Assembly: GCF_006345805.1 (NCBI RefSeq)
Contig: NC_043003.1
Coordinates: 109,802,001-109,866,000, forward strand
Source: Octopus sinensis
Lineage: Eukaryota
Length of the DNA stretch: 64,000 bases
Reading direction: 5' to 3'
This document shows positions 53,226 through 64,000 of the stretch, piece by piece. Each line of letters opens with the position of its first letter. Within the stretch, counting starts at the first letter, position 1. The notes under the pieces were generated by a model that was not told the DNA's origin, made no database searches, and worked only from the letters and a program-made list of their open reading frames with translations. Both the position numbers and the translations under genes were made by a program.

Positions 53226-54873
53226 GAAAGCTTAAAAATATCTTTATTTGAAGTTGGAATTTGATTTTATATAATATTCGTTTTGGGTGGTTCGGATTAG
53301 AAACAAGTATGGATTGTTTGAAGACTTTCATAGATGAGTGATGGTGGCGATGAGAATTTCAGAATATCGCAGTCCCAAGATCGTTGGATTTCCAGAGTTT
53401 CATGGGGACAGACTGCGATTTCTTTGTCCCTAGAGGGGTAAATTATCATATATTTTAGCGGGGGAAAGGTAGACCTCAATAAAGCCACGGCGCAATATAT
53501 TCTTATTTCGAAGGTAACAGGATATGGCTGTCCGTTTTATTAGGCAAGTTGAATATATATAAAGGCATTCTCTTCCCCTACATGAGCTCATATTTCTCTA
53601 CATATAAATAACAAGTCAGCTACAATCCGAAAAACTCGAGAAAAAGGTAGTCGAACTTTTTAAAATTGTGACAGACAAGCCACATTTCTTTATATACAAG
53701 ACATCAACACCCTCACATCATCGAGTATCTTTTATTAAATAGGAGCACCTACAGAGAGTTTTCTTCAAAGAGGAAGTTAAAAATCTATATTTCAATGAAT
53801 TTTATATAAATATATTTTTAAAAATTTCAACTTCATTTGTAATTTCTTAAAGCTTCTACTTCTAGTCCTGTAATTTTCCAAGTTCAGTTAAACCTATTAT
53901 TACTTCTAAACCCACATCTTTCCGACTTGTCCATTCTTTTTCACAGCAACGGTTTTTTACAACCAAAAATTAATTTTTATTGAGATAGAAAAAAACTGAT
54001 ACTTTTTCAAAACGTTTATGCTATAGTGAAAACGTAAATTTTATAAATTGGTAAACTGAATATTATGTAGAAATAGCAATGCAGAACCCGAAACATCGGG
54101 AAAAATACAAAAGCTGAACTAAATCGATTAATGAATGGAGTATAGCCAATAGGAGTTGCCCAGTTTGCGACAAAAAGAGGGTTTGATTATATGTGCATTC
54201 TTGAGAAAAAACTCGAGCACTCTGCAAGTCTCTTCGTTGCTATGGCGTTCGTCGCGTAAGTTTTAAATATTTCAAATGATCTTAATCTTGATTAAACTCA
54301 GTGATTTGCTCGTCCCCATTTCACGCAACAATCGGTGGAGGGGGGGGGTCCGTTTTCTTCCTACACAAAACATTGCGATAATGTGTCCTGGATATGAGTA
54401 AGACTAAGACAGAAGCCATGTGGTTGAGAACGGTTTTCGCCTTAAACAGGTGTTCATTGGAAGTCACTATGAATCGGTGTGGACACATCCATTGACAAAA
54501 ATAATCTTAAATTTTATAAATTTGCATTAAATTACAGTTCTGATCTGAAGTTTAAAAGATATTTTTATGTTGGTGGTTAGCGTCGAATTGAACACTTGAA
54601 ACTTGTCCAAAACTATGGCGAAGAATGTGTATTAAGGATGGAAATTATATTTCGCTTTTTTATTTACGAAAATGTAGAAGGAGGGGAAGTATTTAGCTAA
54701 TATTTCGGAGTACTCTCTCCCTCTTTCTCTCTTACACACACACATACACATATATATTATATAATTAATGCATGCAATACTTCACAGCTTTACTATCACT
54801 TCTTCGCTCCTTCATAGACAGCTTATGAATTTTTCAACCAACACTTTTGTTTGTGTGCGTGCGTGTACATACA

Positions 54874-54938
<65 letters not shown>

Positions 54939-54989
54939 CATTCAGATAAAATGACATCTACCTGTCCAAAGAAGACTTGAAATGTAATA

Positions 54990-55135
54990 AATAGTTGCCA
55001 CTTCTCTTGAAAATGGGCAAAATTTGGCATCGTGGTTTTATCGAGCAGAAAAGGAGTTTAGCCCCCAACGGTATTCCTACTGACATAGTTGCTACATTAG
55101 GGGATCACGCTCCAACTTTATAAAGAGTGCAAAAG
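54990..55135 (+). mobile_element. Mariner 5' coding fragment
   Basis: MGKIWHRGFI...LAPNGIPTDIVATLGDHAP...VQK*AAEF resembles the mariner N-terminal HTH. Confidence 0.6.
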
Positions 55136-55526
55136 TAGGCAGCTGAATTTTGTCATTGCTTTGCCATCACAATTCATTTGTGTTACATGCAAAGGACATG
55201 GTCTTGTCGATGTAGTTATTTGTAAATAGAATGGAACAAAGGAGTTTTGGTCAGTGGGAATTTATATTCTACATTTGTTTCACAAAACAGTTCTTGTTTA
55301 GAATGAGGCCTCTATAGAGATGATGGTGTGCACCTATTCTGCCTGTAGAATGGCTAAATCCTAGATCGCTTGAAAAATAACAAAAACCTGAGAAAATTCC
55401 GCCTGTGAAATACAATTAGCATCAACATTAAGATTGTTAGGTTCCGTTAGGCTCTGTAATTAAATATGGTGAGCGCAAACTGAGCAGAAACCTGACAGCG
55501 CACACACACACACATACACACCCAGA

Positions 55527-55574
<48 letters not shown>

Positions 55575-55823
55575 TACACACACTCTCTCTCTCTCATACA
55601 CACATAAGAAATGGAAAACAAAATAAATTGAACAATTATAAATTCGATTCAATTTAAATATTATATACAAACAAATGATGCATAAATTACAGAAATTGCA
55701 GCTGTTATTTTTTTATATATATAAGTGTGTGTCTGTATATACGCATATGTGTATTTGTGTATGTATATATTCATATGGGCAGCTGAGGTACATATGGGCA
55801 GCTGAGTGGAAATATGTGCATGG

Positions 55824-55860
<37 letters not shown>

Positions 55861-56003
55861 CATATATATATACATATACACACCCATGCACATATACACA
55901 TAACACATACATACCCTTACGCAACCATTCATCCACTCAGCTGCCCATATGTACCTATATATATATATATAAGCAAGAAAAAAGCAACAAAAATGGATCA
56001 ATA

Positions 56004-56093
56004 TTTCGGTACAATTGTTTCGTACGAAGACCAGCTTTATTAAGGCTGCAAATATTGCAGTAAATATAAGTGACCCGTACTCATCAGCCGAAA
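56004..56093 (-). ncRNA. Minimal type I hammerhead ribozyme (mirror copy)
   Basis: Reverse complement of the 56381-56470 motif. Confidence 0.75.
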
Positions 56094-56380
56094 AACATCT
56101 GAGTTCTCCAAACATCTAAGGGGGTGAGGCTACACTCCTGAAACATCAGGGATAGTTCTATAAAAATCAGATTTAGATAACAAACGGACTTCCAAAGTTC
56201 TTTGATATTGCACAGCCATATAACAGGTCTTAAAAAAGTATTTTAAAAAACCTTTTAGTTTCCCAGAAAATGGAAATGTAAATCCATCCGTATTGAAATA
56301 AGTTTGATTTCAAACTTACTTCAATATGGATGGATTTACATTTCCATTTTCCCTTAGATGTTTGGAGAACTCAGATGTTT

Positions 56381-56470
56381 TTTCGGCTGATGAGTACGGG
56401 TCACTTATATTTACTGCAATATTTGCAGCCTTAATAAAGCTGGTCTTCGTACGAAACAATTGTACCGAAA
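56381..56470 (+). ncRNA. Minimal type I hammerhead ribozyme
   Basis: Stem I tttcgg/ccgaaa; CTGATGA at 56387-93; stem II gtacg(gg)...(tt)cgtac; GAAA at 56453-56; palindromic stem III CAATTG; GUA cleavage triplet ending at 56464. Confidence 0.8.
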
Positions 56471-56696
56471 TATTGATCCATTTTTGTTGCTTTTTTCTTG
56501 TTTATAATCACCCCGCATTATCTTATGGTTAATAGCATATAGATTTCTGGTGCATCTAAGTTAAGTACCGCATTCATGTGAATTCACAGAACTCACTTGA
56601 ATCTTAATTGCTTTTACTATATATATATATATATTATATATATATATATATGTGTGTATATGTATATATATATACGTGTGTGTATGTGTATGTATA

Positions 56697-56756
<60 letters not shown>

Positions 56757-56763
56757 TATATAT

Positions 56764-56794
<31 letters not shown>

Positions 56795-57054
56795 AATATA
56801 TATATATATGTATATATAAGCAGAGTTAGCGGTTATAATAACAGACTAAGGGATAAAATATATGTATATGCTATCGGTATCCGCTACTCATATTATCTCT
56901 GGGCGTGGGTATGCGGGCACACTATGCTCGTAGAGTACAGATAACAACAGAATAACGAAGAAAATGTTATCTCATGTTTTGTATTAGATGATTAGCTACA
57001 AATGTGGTCCAATTGATGTATTTGTTGATCTGAGGTTATCTCCATTTTCGGATT

Positions 57055-57097
<43 letters not shown>

Positions 57098-57699
57098 AAG
57101 TGGTTTGTATGATTGTGTATAGAAGAATATATTACTCAAAGGAATTCCAACTCTTATATTATTAATATGAGATATAAAATAGATTTCTTTATTAGTCCCA
57201 CAGAAGGGACAAAATACAAAGTAGAGCTTTTCTTTTTGGGAAAAATGGTTCGAATTCCAATCAAAAGGGATCGAGAAAGAAGAAAAAAAAAAGCGGGGGT
57301 GATCAATAGAGTTCGTGTATGACAGAAATGTCAAAAATAATAGAGTAAAAAGAAATGAAATGAAGTATTAATTGCCTATTCTTAATGAACAAATGAAATA
57401 TTAAATGTCCATTGTTATTGAACTAGTTTACTTTCTTGCATTTACGCAATATTCAGGTTCATATGGTTGTGATGACAGTTGTGTTCATTGGTTTCAACTG
57501 TTGTTGAATGGTTAAATTTTGTCCTTTATATACATTCCTGTGGATAGAATTAGTTAGTTACTTGGCTATTTTTAAAAATGATGCCATACCATGTTTCAGT
57601 GTTCATCTTTTAGAAACGATGACATCAGAAATTTTTAGAGATTTTTAATTTTTATATATGGGGATAAGACTTTTAAATCATAAATAACATCAATATTTA

Positions 57700-58100
57700 T
57701 TATTGTTTATTAAGTTTGGGTGTGAATTTATTAATGAAGTCCTTTTCTCCAAGTTTTCTCTCGATTTCATTCGGATTGTATAGTTTTGTTGCTAGCTGAT
57801 TACTCAGCGGTATTTGGCGGACTTCTGGATTTTTAATTTGTTGTCGGTGCACACGTGAGCATTCTGATGGTGCATTTCCTGTCTGGTCAACATACAGGTC
57901 TTCACAATTCGGGCATTTGATGCAGTAGATTAAATTTCTGCTTTTACAGTTCATATTTGCGTTTGTGAATATTTTCCCCATTTTTGTTCTTATATGGGCC
58001 GGTATGAATTAATTGGCATGTACCGCATCGGCTATCATCGGGGGTGGGGTGGGGGGTTTCGATATTGCTGACATCTCTTCTCTTTTACCTGCTGCAATAC
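57700..58100 (-). mobile_element. Penelope-like element GIY-YIG endonuclease fragment
   Basis: SRCGTC (frameshift) ...NCKSRNLIYCIKCPNCEDLYVDQTGN...RVHRQQI...EKDFINKFTPKLN. Confidence 0.85.
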
Positions 58101-58140
58101 AATGAAGGCTGTTGTTGTTGTTGTTGTTGTGGTGGTGGTG

Positions 58141-58470
58141 GTGTTTGAGATAGTAGTGGTGATGGTGGTGGTAATGCTTGTAGTTGTGGTGGTGGTCATG
58201 GTAGTGTTGGTAGTAGTGCTTGTGGTGTTTGAGATAGTAGTGATGATGGTGGTGGTAATGGTTGTAGTTGTGGTGGTGGTCATGGTTTTGGTGGTGGTGG
58301 TGTTTGAGATAGTAGTGATGATGGTGGTGGTAATGGTTGTAGTTGTGGTGGTGGTCATGGTACTGGTTGTAGTAGTTCTGGTAGTAGTGGTGTTTGAGAT
58401 ATTAGTGATGATAGTGGTGGTAATGGTTGTGGTTGTGGTGGCGGTCATGGTTTTGGTGGTGGTGGTGGCG
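58141..58470. repeat. Triplet-based minisatellite, four units of 84, 75, 90 and 81 bp
   Basis: Units start gtgtttgagata at 58141, 58225, 58300 and 58390. Confidence 0.9.
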
Positions 58471-59863
58471 GTGTTTACAGTGTTAAAAGCTGTTAACATC
58501 CCAACCCCACAACCCTATCAGCGACTGTGAATCCAAAGAAAGTTGGATTTGACTCCAGTGTTTAACTGGTACCATTTTCTTTATCGACGCATGCGCATAC
58601 ATTCGTAACAATGAAAAATAAAATCGACCCAAACGAGATTCAAAGTAAGAACGCAAAAGCAGATAAGTTTTTAAAAAAACCCAGAAATGCATTTTTTCCG
58701 ATGATCCACCGATTGTGCGACTCACCACCCTACAAAAATTAGCAATAAATATTTCTAACACAGAAAGGAACCCCATTTTGGGGTGGGTGGGTGAGTAATA
58801 TTAACTGCAGTATTTAACGGATACGTGATTTCACTGATACCCCCTCCCCCGCTTGATAAGGGGACAAAGTAGACGTCCCCTGTTCCTCCCCCCCCAACCA
58901 CCACTAGAACTCTCACTGTAGGTAAATTGCGACGAAAGGTAATTTAATTTAGTTGCGTTAAATTTTTTTAAGAACGCGCGTGGCTATGTAGTTAGCGACG
59001 TTCGACTCATGACTGTTGAATCGTCGGTTCAATTCCTAGATCGGACTACATGTTGTGTCCTTGAGCAAGATACTTCGTGTCGTGCCTGCTGTAAATGAGT
59101 CCCAGCTTGGTGCTGGGGCTGCCCTTTCTCTTTCTCCGTCTGCCACATCCTGGATATTCCGTGAATCACTCGTCACTGTCGAAGACTTCCAGTGACTCCA
59201 TGAATCAATCAAGAGTCAAGTTGTCATTTAATTCCTTTCCGCGGTCAATAACTGCAGGACCAGAACGACTCCAAGGATCGATTATTCTCTCTCCTCCCTT
59301 CTCCCCCCTTCTCTCCCTTTTCTGCTCCCTCTCCGTCCCTATTTTATCCCAATAAGAGGTTCGCGGGAACTGGTCACAGTTTTGCCTTTCCTTTAAAAAA
59401 AATGGTAAAAGTTTCCGATAAGGACTAACAACCTCTTTTCATCTAGCATCTAATACAAAACGTGCAAAGAAGCAATAGAACACAGTGGACACGGATGGAC
59501 CGGCTTGCCATATAGAACGAAACTATTGAAAAATTTCGATCTGCGAATTATTGTTTAAGTCCGGTGATTCTCAACCAAATCGTCCCAACTTTAAGGTAAT
59601 TCAGGTAATAATCCAGTTTTGCATTCTCTTTTTTATAATTACCATATTATTTGTAACTACACCTTTTCTGTTTTAAAACCCATAAAAGATTATTTTTGAG
59701 GGTCTTTTGTGGGGAGGGGGGGGGTCTGGAGCGGATTGATTATATTTTAGTTAATTTCAATGGGAAAAATTGATTTGTACAACGAGTAAATCATAATACG
59801 AGCTCGGTCATGGAAGGAATTAAACTCGCACTGCGAGGTATTACTGTATTATATCTTTATGAA

Positions 59864-60016
59864 GTGGCTGTGTGGTAAGAAGCTTGCTTCCCAGCCACAA
59901 GATCCGGGTTCAGTCCCACTGCGTGGCACATTCGGCAAGTGTCTTCTATTATAGCTTCGAGTAAACCAAAGACTTGTGAGTGGATTTGGTAGATGGAAAC
60001 TAAAAGAAGCCTGTTG

Positions 60017-60058
<42 letters not shown>

Positions 60059-60312
60059 ATATATATAATATATATATAAATGTGTGTGTGTGTGTGTGTG
60101 TGTGAGTGTATTTGTGTGTCAGTGTTTGTCCTCCCCATCATCGCTCGACAACCAATGGTGATGTGTTTACGTCTCCGAAAGCTAGCGGTTCGGCAAAAGA
60201 GACCCGATAGAATGAGTACTAGGCTGACAAAGAATAAGTCCTGCGGTCGATTCATTCGACTAAAGGCGGTGCTCCAGCATGGCCTCAGTCAAATGACTGA
60301 AACAAGTAAAAA
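59864..60312 (+). mobile_element. SINE family 1, full length
   Basis: Collinear with 11384-11785. Confidence 0.9.
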
Positions 60313-60402
60313 AACAAAGATATTAGGAATTGAATAAAAATAATTATTAAGATATTTTGTGTATTGTAGAGACATCAACAATTTATTATCTTTTAAATTA
60401 TT

Positions 60403-60814
60403 CCTGTTTCAGTCATTATACTGCGGCCATACTGGGGCATCGCCTTCAAGAACTTGTAGTCGAATGAATCGAATTTATTTTTAAAGCCGCGTACTTAGTT
60501 ATCAGTCTCTTTTTGCTGAACAACAACGTTACGGGGACGCAAACAAACCAACACCAGTTGTCCAGTGGTAGTAGGAGACAAATACACACACACACATGCA
60601 CACACACACATGCACACACACACACATACACACACACACACGCGCACACTCATGACGGGTTTCTTTTCAGTTTCTGTCTACCAAATCCACTCACAAGGCT
60701 TTGGTCGGCCCGAGGCTATAGTAGAAGACACTTGTCTAAGGTACCCCGCTGTGGGGCTGAACCTGTAACCACGTAGTTGGGAAGCAAGCTTCTAACCACA
60801 CAGCCACTCCTGCG

Positions 60815-60816
<2 letters not shown>
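60403..60816 (-). mobile_element. SINE family 1, full length, inverted relative to the neighbouring copy
   Basis: Head at 60816 on the minus strand, tail at 60403. Confidence 0.85.
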
Positions 60817-60853
<37 letters not shown>

Positions 60854-60875
60854 TATATATATATAATATATATTA

Positions 60876-60907
<32 letters not shown>

Positions 60908-61065
60908 CAAATATACATATATACATATTATATACACATATATATATATATATATATATATATGTATACATTTATACATACATACATATATACATACATA
61001 CACACACACACAATAACATCGAAAAATACCTTAGGAATGAGAATCCAGGTTTGAAATTTCCCCAA

Positions 61066-61111
61066 GACATCTGAAGAAGGCTGGAGGGTATATCAGCCGA
61101 AACGTTGTGTT
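61066..61111 (+). ncRNA. Minimal type I hammerhead ribozyme in a Penelope-like pLTR repeat (~61020-61200)
   Basis: gacat-CTGAAGA-A-GGCTG gagggtatat CAGCC-GAAA-CG-TT-gtgtt, with palindromic ACGU stem III. Confidence 0.7.
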
Positions 61112-61398
61112 AACAACAAACAAGATGAGGGCAAATATCCGTCAAATGTAAATATTAAAAATAATGTACATAATTCCTCATCTCTTAAATATAGAACTGT
61201 ATAACTTAAATTGGCGCTTACGTAAAATAATGCAATGAATAATAAAATTTTAAAGAAAATCATTCATTACTTTAAAATATAATTAAAGAAATCAAATTTC
61301 ACATTTATATGCTTCCTCCTCACTTGGCTACCCTGTCATTTATTTCATCTCGTCGGTTTTTACGATCCTTTGTCTTGCGTGCGCATTTGTGCGTGTGT

Positions 61399-61472
<74 letters not shown>

Positions 61473-61496
61473 CGCTAAGCTCAGTATGTAAAGTAT

Positions 61497-61712
61497 GTAA
61501 AGTGTGCTGAAAAGTTCCTGGACTTTGGGCAAAATAAAATACAGGAGGTTCAGTTAATTAAGACTACATTCAGCATATCCCCTTCTCACATTCACTTATT
61601 TATTGCAGCCGTCGTTCAGTTTTTCTAAGCCCTGTAAAAGAACACGGAAGGCTGGGCCTCCAGCCTGGCCCTTCGCGACACCTTTGAAGCCAGGATAATA
61701 ACTTTTTCAAGC
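61497..61712. mobile_element. Non-autonomous mariner-type MITE (degenerate)
   Basis: tgctgaaaagttcctgg at the left and a degenerate inverted ccagg...aactttttcaagc at the right. Confidence 0.55.
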
Positions 61713-61949
61713 TTTTATGATGTCTTTTACAGAGAGTTATAGTTTGGTCTGTAATGGTATCTCTTAATTCCTTACTTGGAGCAACGACGACACACGAAAA
61801 GGTGAGAAAATTTGTGAAATGGTATAAAAGATCTTCTAGTATATAGTTGACATGTGTATCGTGAACTCACGTTTGATTTGGCAGTGTCGGGGATGAACTG
61901 ATATTCAAGAACCTAATGTTCCGTGAAATGAAAGAAGCAACGCATGGAT

Positions 61950-62160
61950 GCCCTCAAGCCGGACTCTCTCCTCACCGCACGGTGGAGAGTCGTGGACATT
62001 CTCCACGACTATTTCTTCCCACCGCCAAGAAACATGCTTCAAAGAGATGCGCGGTACGTAAAGCAAAAGGAAAACGTAAGGAAACTAGATACCATTGTTT
62101 ACAATATGATATGCCCCTCTGTGTGTGGTACTCTGTTTTGAACTCTACCTCACTACATTC
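61950..62160 (+). mobile_element. piggyBac transposase C-terminal cysteine-rich domain remnant
   Basis: GHSPRLFLPTAKKHASKRCAVRKAKGKRKETRYHCLQYDMPLCV resembles HFP..IPPT.KK...KRCxVC.KKGKRKETRYYC..C..PLC. Confidence 0.8.
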
Positions 62161-62719
62161 ACGTGAAGTTGATCTGACTTGTGCTGTCGAGTGATCTTAT
62201 TCAGGAATAATACTGCATGAGCATCCAGCACAGGGATATAGTTTAGAGGGGTAAACAATACTTGCACTAAAGCGGTTGACTTAAATATACGCCGAACGTT
62301 ATCTCGTACTGAGTGCTGACCTCAATCGGCGCGATTACCGTTGCCGCGCACAGGGCAACCGAATGAATCATCGCCGTAAACTGGTTAAAGCGGTTGATGT
62401 AAATATACGCCGAACCGTTGTCTTGCGCTAATTGTTGATCTCAGCCGAGATGATTACCGTCAATGCAAAAAAAGAAACAAAAAACCCCCGTTGTTATGGG
62501 TTTAATTAAAATTCACTGAAAGTCAGTAAATTGTGCTACTGTAAATTTCTTCATATAATCAACGGGAAAAATCGTATAAACACAAACACGAGCAATTTTG
62601 AGCATCCTCATCTGTGGATACGTATGCATCTACATCGTGTTTTGCTGCATGGATCTTATTTGTATTACGCAGGTTTTGAGAGTTAAAGATATTTAAAAAT
62701 AGAACTATGAACATGAAAT

Positions 62720-62739
62720 ATCTATCTATCTATCTATCC

Positions 62740-62815
<76 letters not shown>

Positions 62816-62816
62816 G

Positions 62817-62889
<73 letters not shown>

Positions 62890-62890
62890 A
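62720..62890. repeat. (TATC)n tetranucleotide microsatellite
   Basis: Direct observation. Confidence 0.95.
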
Positions 62891-64000
62891 TGTCTGCCTA
62901 TCTCTCTTTCTCTCTCTCTCCCTCACACACACATACACACACACACAAACACATCTACATTTTCATTAGCGACAAAAATAACATATGGATAACCAAAGAC
63001 AAGACATACATTCAAGAAACGTAAGTAGAAAAGTCTTTGCCGTTTCAATCGTAAACACCTCTTCGTAAAGTTAGTTACAGATAAAAGGTACAGCATAATG
63101 TCTGTAGCTATTTTATTGAAGCGTTGCCTTGAACACAGTCGTCGCCGTTGATAAGTCACTTCATCCCGTCTGATTACTCAAACCTATGTTTAAATTATTC
63201 CAGCCGTGTCCTTTCCATCATTTTACTTTTCTTAGACTTTGTTGCTAAACGTTCCTTCTTTTTATGAGTAGGGTATTATTTGGCATAGATTAGGCTGCTA
63301 TTTCTTGTAAATCGATGAACCTCTTATTGGGCTCCCATTTAACTAGTCCACAAAAGGTAGAATATCGCTGGAAACAAGCCATTTCCCATAACATACATGA
63401 CATCTTAATGTTTCTAGCTAATTAATATTGCATGAGAATTTTAATTGGATACGCAGAGATTTTAAACGCTCTGAGTAATATAATTTTACATGATGAATGA
63501 TCTGTTTACCAACAGTTGCACATATTACACATCAAGATATCCCCCCTTCTCTTCCCTTTCCACAACTGTATTTCTCGCGATAGATTTTCATCAACTTCTT
63601 TTCTTTCCTCTTTTTCCCACCATTACCGGGAGGTGTCGTCGTGTGTTGGAATGCAGCCCAGATTTCGTAACAGTAAACGATCGAAAGAGAAAAGAAAGAG
63701 AAAGCAGCAGAAAGTGAGAAGAATGGAGAGTGATAGTGAAATAGTGAGAGTGTGATAAAAACATTGGAAATGAGTGCGAAAAGAAGAGAACGAGAGTAAA
63801 GTGGATATATAGAAAATTAGTGGCAGGAAAATGGAAACAGAACGAGAGGGAGAGAAAGAGGTTGTGGGGAAATAGAAGGGGAAAACACAGAAAAGAGACA
63901 GATAGTGCAATAGTGAGTGAGTGCTATGGTTACCAAGAAGTAGAAAGATAATAAAATAGCGAAGGAGAAATTAAGAGATAGAAATAGTGGAATGGAGAGT

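Larger units (their letters stand above)
55968..56506. mobile_element. Penelope-type fold-back with ~153-bp near-perfect inverted arms
   Basis: 55968-56122 is the reverse complement of 56351-56506, differing by about one substitution and one indel. Confidence 0.85.

Noticed and set aside
56270-56293. miR-1-like TGGAAATGTAAA in the hairpin arm
   Set aside because: The seed has an extra A and the 3' half is unrelated to miR-1/206.
57560-57630. Hammerhead-like CTGATGT...GAAAC..GTA on the minus strand
   Set aside because: A9 is substituted, there is a 6-nt insertion before GAAA, and stem I is poor.

Overview
This is AT-rich, microsatellite-saturated animal genomic DNA. The tRNA-derived SINE families and repeat spectrum point to an octopus or other coleoid cephalopod (inferred from recalled repeat sequences, not database-verified). 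I found no convincing host protein-coding gene, and almost all ORF-track entries are translated microsatellites. The window is mostly transposon debris: three tRNA-SINE families, R4/Dong-like LINE pieces nested in (AAT)n tracts with a ~550-bp companion element, RTE/CR1/Tx1 remnants, Penelope-like (PLE) pieces, four mariner remnants, hAT and piggyBac remnants, and two Helitrons. One mariner is near full length and sits inside a Helitron RepHel fragment. The most interesting signals are: (i) a ~540-bp fold-back at 55968-56506 carrying a complete minimal type I hammerhead ribozyme on each strand plus a nested pre-miRNA-sized hairpin; (ii) two further hammerhead families at 61066 and 49034; (iii) the (AAT)n-targeted Dong nest with its fixed-length companion element; (iv) a candidate minus-strand TATA/Inr core promoter near 12200.
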